DNA from: Octopus vulgaris
Taxonomy: Eukaryota
Assembly: GCA_951406725.2 (NCBI GenBank)
Contig: OX597837.1
Coordinates: forward strand, 2,170,001-2,234,000
Length of the DNA: 64,000 bases
Direction of reading: 5' to 3'
A program made the position numbers and the translations under genes. Each line of letters begins with the position of its first letter. The stretch's first letter is position 1. The notes under the pieces are model-generated. The model was given only the letters and a program-made list of their open reading frames with translations, ran no database searches and was not told where the DNA came from. Below are positions 54,644 through 64,000 of this stretch, one piece after another.

Positions 54644-55644
54644 GATGCATTCGTGAGGTTTCGAATGATTTACAGACTTTTTCCACGGTTTCACTAATTT
54701 CTCTCTCCGGGGATCTTCCTTTTTCCGGGCATATTTTTTTTTGCAGTTGCAATGTGATTTGTCGAGATTGTCCGTCTTCTCCTACAAATATTACAATTGA
54801 GCATCAATACGCATCAAATATTTTGACTTAAATGGAATCACCATTTTACTGAGCAATCTTACATTCTTTCAGGCATTTCTTACAAACGTTGTCACCTCCT
54901 TTACACTAACTGTTTATAATGTGTGGAAGGTTCTTAAGCAGAAACGGTATTAGGCAATATTTTACTTTTACCGGTCAGACATATTTGTCAGACATTAAAG
55001 CGCCAGGGATACGGAGGTAGATATGGAGTTTTAGGTAATATTATTAAGAAGACGAAGAAGAACAACAACAACAACAACAATAATAATAGCAACAACAACA
55101 ACAATAATAATATAACAACAGCAACAACAACAACAATAATAATAAAAATATACTAGACAGACATATTTCAGAAATTAGAGCACTGAGTATAAAGATTTTA
55201 ATATCGTTTTGATGGAATTTGATGTAATAATAATGATGATCATGATGATGATGATGATGACGATTATGATAACTAACATAATGTTGCTGCTACTACTAAT
55301 AATAATAATAATAATATTAACAACAACAACAATAACAATAACATATGCATATATGTATATTCAAACATACATACACATATTTCATATAAATATATTAATT
55401 TAGCATTATACCAAGACTCACATATATATGCATACATATACATATATACGCACACACACATACATCCATATATATATAAATACATATATATATATATATA
55501 TTCTGTGCGTATGCACAGACGTTTTTATGTCTATATAACTGTGTAGGTATGCGTGTACACATATACAGGCATGTATGCGTTACATATGTTTTTGTCTGTA
55601 TACATACATATATATGTGTGTGTATACGTGTGCATGAATATATG

Positions 55645-55682
<38 letters not shown>

Positions 55683-55683
55683 T

Positions 55684-55737
<54 letters not shown>

Positions 55738-55989
55738 GTATATATCTATATATATATATTTGTGTGTGTGTATATACTTACATTCCTGCATACATACATA
55801 ATTTGTAAAAAACTACTTACAATAACAAGAACATAAAACAAAGACATAAAACAATATAGTTAAAATAAAAAAAAAACAATACTCACCTTTTCCACAAGGT
55901 CGCCATATTTTGATTACTTCATACTTGACCCCCCAGGGTCAATCACCCTTCTCCAACCAGCCCGTGCCAAAGCAGACAGTTGGTCTGTG

Positions 55990-56031
55990 GTATTATTATT
56001 ATCATTATTATCATTATTATTATTATCATCA

Positions 56032-56068
<37 letters not shown>

Positions 56069-56098
56069 CATCATTATTATTATTATTATTATTATTAC

Positions 56099-56152
<54 letters not shown>

Positions 56153-56160
56153 CATCATCA

Positions 56161-56206
<46 letters not shown>

Positions 56207-56229
56207 CATTATTATTATTATTATTATCA

Positions 56230-56287
<58 letters not shown>

Positions 56288-56345
56288 GATTATCATTATT
56301 ATTGTTATTGTTGTTATAGTTGTTGTTGTTATAGTTGTTGTTGTT
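55990..56345. repeat. (ATT)n/(ATC)n microsatellite
   Basis: Direct reading. Confidence 0.95.
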
Positions 56346-56489
56346 ATACTGTCTGCGTTTTTTTATAGTTTTGCTTTATTAGTTTATTTCGTTTTTTCTT
56401 TTACAGCTTCTTTTTTCAATTTCTGTCGCACGAAAGAAAATGAGGAGGAAAAAATATAATATTGCAAAAATGAAATTATATATGATATA

Positions 56490-56520
<31 letters not shown>

Positions 56521-57265
56521 AGCAGCATTATAACAAAGCCAGTAGCAGCACCCTCGTCACCATCATCATCGTCGTCATCATAACTACTGCTACCACTACT
56601 ACCACTACCAACATCACCATGGTCGTGGTCGTTGTCATCATAATCGTCATCACCATCATCATCATCATCATCATCATCGAAATTATCATCACCTTCACCA
56701 TCACAACCATCACCACCACCTTCATCATCATCATCATCATCTGACACCCGACCACCTGCACCATCAACAATTGCAACAATAATGACAACTACTGCTACTA
56801 CTACTATTACTACTACTTTTTTTAGTACCACAATACCAATATCGGTCCAGTGAGTGAAATGGCCCACTAGAAAGAGCAGAGAACTCAACCTCTAAGCCTC
56901 TGCTCTCTTCTAAACGGACACATTTATAACGTTGTTCAGGCATTGCTAATATTTCAGAAAAAAGAGACTGAATGGCCATGGTTGGAATGTCTGCACTGTT
57001 TTGGATGACATGATGTTGAATAACAACAACCACAACAACAGCAGCAATAAAAACTAAAGCAACAATGATAATGTCTATAACGATATTAACATCAACATCA
57101 ATAACAATGATAAACAACAACAATAACAGAGGTCATACGACAGCAGCATAGGCCGCAGCAGCAGCGGCAGTCGTCAAAACAATAACAGCAACAACAACCA
57201 CGCTAGTAGGAATAACAATCACAGCTTTACGAGGTGATGTCAAAAGATTCCCGGACTAGTTATGT

Positions 57266-57450
57266 TTAACACTTTCGGTACCAACCCGTCAGAAAGCGCC
57301 TCTGGCTTTGTAGTACAAACGTCCTGTTTTCATAAGTTCTGAATTAAAATCCTCCACCAAACCTTAGTCACAATTTATGTTCCTAACACTAGCTTAATGA
57401 TAACTAAGTTATTTTACTGGATTCTTTGTTATATACGAAATTAATTAAAA
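57266..57450. mobile_element. Possible piggyBac-like MITE fragment
   Basis: Begins TTAA-CACTTTCGGTACC, resembling TTAA-CCCTTT termini. Lies between a mariner-like end at 57230 and a mariner ORF. Confidence 0.35.
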
Positions 57451-58384
57451 GTACGAAGGTGGTTTCAGAAATTCCGAAGTTGTGATGAGGGTCTTAAAGA
57501 TGAAGAAGGTAGAGAACAGTCATGAAGTCTTAGCAATGAACAATTGAAAGCAATTGTTGAACAAAACCCACGTCAAAGTGCCAGAGAAATGTATCAGGCA
57601 CTTTGTGTCGGAATTGCAATCTTCACAAGATTTGTAAGGTGAAAAAGCTCGATAAATGTGTATCGCATGAGTTCGATGAAAATCAGAAAGTTCGGCGTTT
57701 TGCAATGTGCTCGATGCTCTTTCTGCGAAACACCAATGATCCCTTTCTTGACTCAATAGTCACTTGTGATGAAATGTGGATCCTTTATGATAACCGTAAA
57801 CGATCAGGTCAATGGTTTGATCGTGATGAGTCCTTCAAACATTTCCCAAAGCCAAAGCTACATCAGCAAAATATTATGGTGACTTTCTGGTGCTCTGCAA
57901 TTGGTGTTGTCCATTACAGCTTTCTGGAAGCAATCAACTTGCTGAAATGCATGCTCACTTGCAAAAAATGAGACCTGCATTGGTGAATCAACGTGGCCCA
58001 ATTCTGCTCCACGATAATGCAAAGCCACACGTTGCAAGAATGACGCTGCAGAAACTCACAGACTTGGGAAACAAGACTTTACCACATCCTCCATATTCTC
58101 CTGATTTTTCACCCACTAACTACAATGTTTAAGCATTTAAACACGTTTTTAAGTGATAAAACTTTCAGGTCCAAATCAGAATGGGAATTAGCTTTCAAAG
58201 ATTTCTTAGCATCAAAGCCATTAAGTTTCTATCAACGATTCATAAATAACCCCGTTGATCGATGGCAGAGATGCAGAGATGTTCACGGCTCATAATTTGA
58301 CTAATCAAAACATTTCTATTGTTAATTTTTCCAGAAGAAAATTATGTTTCTGAAATCGGCCATTATTTTCGGAACAACTCAATA
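57451..58384 (+). mobile_element. Mariner (DD34D class, cecropia/Hsmar1-like) transposase pseudogene with right terminal inverted repeat
   Basis: VRRWFQKFR, CVSHEF (WVPHEL equivalent), IVTCDEMWILYDN, GPILLHDNAKPH and HPPYSPDFSPTNY. Terminus AAATCGGCCATTATTTTCGGAACAACTCAA-TA. Confidence 0.92.
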
Positions 58385-59114
58385 ATACCAGTTCCTGTCC
58401 TTCGGAGCAAAGAACTCTTCCCTGAAGCTTCCACCTCCTCTTGGTTGGTGAGGCGTCATGCGCGCAGAATGTGAGCCATGGATCGGAACAAGTAGAAATG
58501 CGAGAGAGATATTTTCTGCAACCCTGACGTGCATAAGCTGTGGTTAAGTAAGGTCCAGCTTCTGGAACCTGTCGTCAAACATTTGCGTTCCTACCTCATG
58601 AAGATACTCGGAATTTTGAGATAATTCGCCACAAGATCAAACCGGACGGTCGAACCATCGATGCCAAATTATTCTCCAAACAGCTGAGGCAGGTGTATGC
58701 CATTGGGTGACAAAAATACCTGACATTGGGTAATATAAAGTGAGCCCTTCTGCTGCAAGACAACGGAGGACTTCATTCAGCTCAGACGATCCAGAATAAG
58801 TTCTAGGAAATCGAGGGAATCGAACTTCCACCAGATAGTTTGGATATAGCTACCTTGGAGTATTAGTTTTGTTCCGATCCATGGTTCGCTTCCTAAATAT
58901 TCCAAAACATTTTGTCTCAATACAGTATAAACCAGAACGATGATAGCAAATGTAAAAACAAGAGCAATAACTGCAAGATAAAAGAGAAAACGCAAAACCA
59001 GAAACAACAACAACAACAACGACTTGAAAGAAAATATTTATAAAAACGATCAACAAACAGTAAAATACTGTCGCAACAAAGAGACAGAATAGGAAGATAG
59101 CCTGTTCTTTCTAG

Positions 59115-59430
59115 CAGACGGAAGTCGGCGGCAGGGAGTTTTCTCCCTGAAGCCGCGAGCTGTGCAAATCAATCGACTTCTTCAGGTGAATTCTTGCAAC
59201 TATCAGCAATTTGTGTTCTTTTATAACGGTAAAGGCAACATCGTTCTCTGCGGTGTTCAACATTAATACATCGACGTTGTTTGTGTATGAGAACAAAGTT
59301 CTTCCGACTCTATTTTAAACGAGATGACTCCCAAGACTCCGCAGCAGTTGTATGAAGTGACTCTCAAGACTCCCCAGCAGTTACACGAGATTCACAAAAG
59401 AGAGAAGTGAAAGCAAACATTCTATGATGG
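59115..59430 (-). mobile_element. Highly decayed Tx1/L1-like RT fragment
   Basis: FSYTNNVDVL...VARIHLKKSIDL aligns by eye with SAYADDVTVI...GAKINWEKSVGL of the 47329 element. Confidence 0.45.
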
Positions 59431-59494
59431 GTCGAGCATCCGATTCGAAACAGTTGCGTTAATTGATTATTTTAGCAACAACTTTATCAGCAAA

Positions 59495-59566
59495 GGTTCT
59501 GTGGTGTAATGGTTAGCACTCTGGATTCTGAATCCGGCGATCTGAGTTCGAATCTCAGTAGAACCT
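59495..59566 (+). tRNA. tRNA-Gln-CTG: tRNA-Gln (anticodon CTG)
   Basis: 72-nt cloverleaf: acceptor GGTTCTG/TAGAACC, D arm GTGT/GCAC, anticodon stem CTGGA/TCCGG with loop TTCTGAA, T arm CTGAG/CTCAG with loop TTCGAAT. A T5 run at 59582 could terminate Pol III. Confidence 0.92.
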
Positions 59567-59611
59567 CATTCACTTTCTTAATTTTTGTTTTTTGGGGGTT
59601 TTTTTTTTCGT

Positions 59612-60001
59612 AGGCGTAGCTATGTGATAAGAAGCTTGCTTCCCAACCACATGGTTCCGGGTTCAGTCCCACTGCGTTGTACCTCGGGCAAGTGTTCTCT
59701 ACTATAGCATCGGACCGACCAAAGTCTTGTAAGTAGATTTGGTGGAGGGAAACTGAAAGAAGACTGTCGTATATGTGTGTGTGTTTGTGTGTGTGAGAGT
59801 CTGTGTTTGTCCACCACCACATTTTGATAACCGATGTTCGTTTATCTACGCTCCAAATAACTTAACAGTTCGGGGGCGAGGCAGGCCATCACAATAAGTA
59901 CCAGGCCTTAAAAAAAGAACTCGGTCGATTGGTTCGTCTAAATACCCGTCAAGACAGTGCTCCACCATGGCCACAATCTATTGACTAAAAAGGGTGAAAG
60001 A
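59612..60001 (+). mobile_element. Full-length, diverged SINE family A
   Basis: Head, body and GTGCTCCACCATGGCCACA tail are homologous to the 49451 copy. Confidence 0.85.
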
Positions 60002-60235
60002 AATCCGTCCACATTTGTTATTGTAAATATTATATCCTTAAGAAGCATTTCTCATATATTGTTTGTTTCCTGTAAAATATTCCAAACTTTGGTATATTGA
60101 TCTTTCGATATTATAGAATCCGGTGAAAGATGTTTTGTCGGTACAAGATCTCGACATTTTCCTTTTGCGGTCATTTAGTAATCGGGCGTTCGTTTTAGGT
60201 ATCGATCGTTCTTATAGTACAAAACCATAAATAAA

Positions 60236-60358
60236 TTCTTTTCCACTCTAGGCACAAGGCCTGAAATTTTGCCAGTCGATTAGATCGAACCCAGTACGCA
60301 ACTGGTACTTAATTTATCAACTCCAAAAGGATGAAAAGGCAAAGTCGTTCTCGATGGG
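60236..60358 (-). mobile_element. SINE family B fragment
   Basis: GGCACAAGGCCTGAAATTTT...GTCGATTAGATCGAACCCAGTACGCAACTGGTACTTAA...GGCAAAGTCG. Confidence 0.75.
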
Positions 60359-60469
60359 AATCCATATGCAATTTATAGTACAAATCCATATAAAAATGTA
60401 TACATTATTTACACATATGTGCTTATGTGTTTGGGTGTGTTCTGTCATTATATATCCATTACGGCCGAT

Positions 60470-60554
60470 ATTACCAAATCGGTTTCGCACAAGGGGTTCA
60501 AAGGAGTGTTGGGTAACAGTCAGATTATGTAACCCTGTGCTCTTCAGAGGTAAC
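60470..60554 (-). ncRNA. Type I hammerhead ribozyme motif with long stem II
   Basis: Minus strand reads GTTACC(T)-CTGAAGA-GCACAGGG...CCTTGTGC-GAAA-CCGA-T-T-(T)GGTAAT. Canonical core, ~8-bp stem II base, 6-bp stem I with a U-U closing mismatch. Confidence 0.65.
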
Positions 60555-61027
60555 TGTTATGGAATACATACATACATATGTACATATATATATATGTGTG
60601 TGTTTGTGTTTGTGTGTGTGTAGCTATATCTAAATGTATATATATATATATATATATACATACATACATATATACATATATATATATATGTATGTATTTA
60701 TGTATATATGTATGTATGTATTTATGTATGTATATATGTATGTATGTATTTATGTATATATGTATACATGTATGTATGTATTTATGTATATATGTATGTA
60801 TGTGTTTATGTATTTATGTATATATGTATGTATGTATGTATGTATATATGTATGTAGATTCCTGATGTGTAATTGTGTGTTGAAACAGATAGTTATATTT
60901 TGGGACGGTCATTTTTTCTAGCCAAGTAAACACACACGGACTATGTTCATTAAAATAAGAACAGTAATAAAGCTGAAGTGAAGAACGCGAATACAATGCA
61001 TATATTTTGATTCTTTTTAATTGTTTT

Positions 61028-61636
61028 CTTCTTTTATCTGTTTGAGTCATTTGAGTGCAGCCATGCTGGAACACTGCCTTTAGTCCTACAAATCAACCCC
61101 AGGAATTATTCTTTTTGAGTCTACTACGTATTCTGTCAGTCTCTTTTACCGAATCGCTAGATACGGGAATGTAAACACACCAACATCGCTTGTCAAGCAA
61201 TGGTAGGCGGAATAACAAAGACACAGACACACAAATACACACACACACTCACACGCGCACACACACACACACACACATACACGCTCACACGCACACATAC
61301 ACATACACACACACTCACATGCACACACACACACACACACACTCACACGCACACACACATACACACACACACACTCACACGCGCACACATACACACACTC
61401 ACACACACACACACATACACACACACACACATATATGTATATATTTTTATTTTTTATTTTATCTAGTTTCAGCTCAGGAGCTGTGGCCATGCTGGGGCAG
61501 CGCCAACGAGCTCCTTTCAGTTTCTCTCTACCATATCCACTCACAAGACTTTGGTCGGCCCGAGACTATAGTAAAAGACACCCAATGTGCCACGCAGTGG
61601 GACTGAACCCGGAACCATGTTGTTGGAAAGCAAGCT
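61028..61636 (-). mobile_element. SINE family A, composite/interrupted copy
   Basis: Tail at 61028-61085, expanded (CA)n interior, an extra tail at ~61445-61505 and head at 61515-61636. Confidence 0.75.
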
Positions 61637-61700
61637 TGGCAAAAAGAAAAAGATGACCATTCCGAAATATACCAATATCAATATCAATATTTATATATAA

Positions 61701-61815
<115 letters not shown>

Positions 61816-62607
61816 CATGCATATATACATGATTGAAGGTAAAAGGCAAAAAAGAGAAAGTGAGGAGACGGGTAGAAGGTGCGTAAGTGGGGGGGGGAAT
61901 AGAGAGTGAGAGTGGGAAGGTGAGAAGGGGAGGAGGAATACTGGAGGGAAGTCGGAAGATAAGAGAGAGGAACAAATTATTTCATTATTGGGAAAAACAG
62001 GAAAAATGGAACTTGGCCAAAATATTTTTACGGAGTTAAGCCGAAGTTGAAGTGGGAAGAAATATGGCGGTTTTTACGTGTCGGAAATCTAGTGCAACTG
62101 TTTTTGTTGTTGTTGTTATCATTTTTGTTGTTGTTGTTGTGGTGGTGATTCTGGTGGTGCTGGTGGTGCTGGTGGTGCTGGTGTTGTTGCTGGTGCTGGT
62201 GGTGATGGTGTTGATGGTGGCAGCGGCAGAGGCGGCGGCGGAGCAGTGGTACTGCTGTTGATTTGTTGCTTGTATAGATGTCATCGAAATAGGGACATAT
62301 GTTGTTCCTAAGTACATACAAACAGACATGTGTGTGTATGTGTCTGTGTGTGTGTGTGTGTGTGTGAGTGTGTATACGTTTGTATGTATATATCAATATG
62401 TGTATCAGTGTTTCTGTGTTTTTATACATATGTATATGTTTATACATATATAATATATAGTTAGATATAGATATAGATATATATATACACAAACATATAT
62501 ATATATATATACATACTTATATATAAATATATATATATAAATACATATATATATATATTTATATATATATATATATATATGCATGTATATATATATATAT
62601 ATGTATT

Positions 62608-62640
<33 letters not shown>

Positions 62641-62691
62641 GTATTTATATATATATAAATGTATATATATATATATAAATATATATATATG

Positions 62692-62737
<46 letters not shown>

Positions 62738-63235
62738 TGTATATATATGTATGTTTGTGCGCATGTGTGTGTGTCTATTTATGTATATGCGTGTGTGTGT
62801 GTGTCTATTTATGTATATGTGGGTGTATATGCGTGTGTGTGTGTGTGTGGGACCGATGTACGAAATGATTGACGAGACACTGAAACGCTATGAAAGCAAA
62901 TGGAAAACAATTGAAGAGGCTTCGGCAGACATTATTAGAAACAACAACAACAGCAACAGACACTACCATCGGCAGCGAGAGTAATGCCTCCTACCTCTGC
63001 GACAACAACAAAACCAACAATTAAGGCTGTATTGTTAACTCTCGTTATTGAGAACTGCTCGTAGGACTACAAATACATACGTATATATTTACAAACACAC
63101 ACACACATACAAACACACATACACACATACACGCATTTGCACATGCACTCAAACCCCCTGCACGCATGCACAGACACTGTTATGCGCAGACACACATATT
63201 TATTCACACATGTACATATACACACATACATACAG

Positions 63236-63292
<57 letters not shown>

Positions 63293-63430
63293 TATATATG
63301 CATATACATATACACACCTATATACGCATGTATGTGTGTATATATATACATATATATATATATATGTATACTCTATATATATATATACTCTATATATATA
63401 CTCAGATATGTATATATACATACATACATG

Positions 63431-63484
<54 letters not shown>

Positions 63485-63779
63485 AAGGGAAAGATACATG
63501 TATGTACATATATGCATACATTCAATATACATATATGCATGTATAGAGAAACATTTATATATATACATATATATATACATATATATCTAAATATATATAT
63601 ATATATTAGATACATATTAGATATCCGTATATCTATACATATACATAAATATGTTCATATATAAATATACATACATACATACATACATGCATACATACAT
63701 ACATACATACATACATACATACATACATACATACATACATACATACATACATACATACATACATACATACATACATACA

Positions 63780-63811
<32 letters not shown>

Positions 63812-64000
63812 AATCTGAAGATATTACTTGGACAATGCTTCCATAATTCATCATTTCCAAAGTTTCTGGCACCGAGTTCTATCAATATAATCACCTTGTA
63901 GGAATATCAATGGAATTATTTGTGGAGAGAGCTACAAGATGGTACGTCGACCTTGGCACAACACATCACCGATGATGAGAGGGTTCAGGAGAAGACAGGG

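Noticed and set aside
58010-58125. DD34N triad in the mariner relic resembling domesticated SETMAR
   Set aside because: The ORF has stops, frameshifts and a deletion, so a single D-to-N change is best explained as neutral decay.

Overview
AT-rich eukaryotic non-coding DNA (intronic or intergenic) that is saturated with microsatellites: (TA)n, (CA)n, (AGAT)n, (ATAC)n, (ATT)n and (CT)n. The repeat landscape and the tRNA-derived SINE families look like those of an octopus or other coleoid cephalopod; this is an inference from recalled family features, not a database result. No intact host protein-coding gene is visible, and almost all ORFs in the track are microsatellite artefacts. Supportable features are: one apparently intact tRNA-Gln(CTG); two Penelope-like GIY-YIG retroelement fragments; Tx1/L1-like and CR1-group LINE fragments; at least five Tc1/mariner relics; a complete non-autonomous Helitron; MITEs; and many SINE copies. 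The most interesting signals were found by eye. (1) At least seven Penelope-type type-I hammerhead ribozyme motifs occur in several unrelated short non-coding elements; one ~510-nt element carries a junction implying a circular or multimeric RNA template (retrozyme-like). (2) A CCAATCG-N14-GTCACGTGACATAATTATA module occurs twice, 7.5 kb apart, with exact motif and spacing conservation but a diverged spacer. (3) There is a consensus CTCF site. (4) A LINE shares its 3' tail with the dominant SINE, and the Tx1 LINE is associated with (ATCT)n. A few splice-site-bounded exon candidates are low confidence. All boundaries were read by eye and may be off by a few nucleotides.
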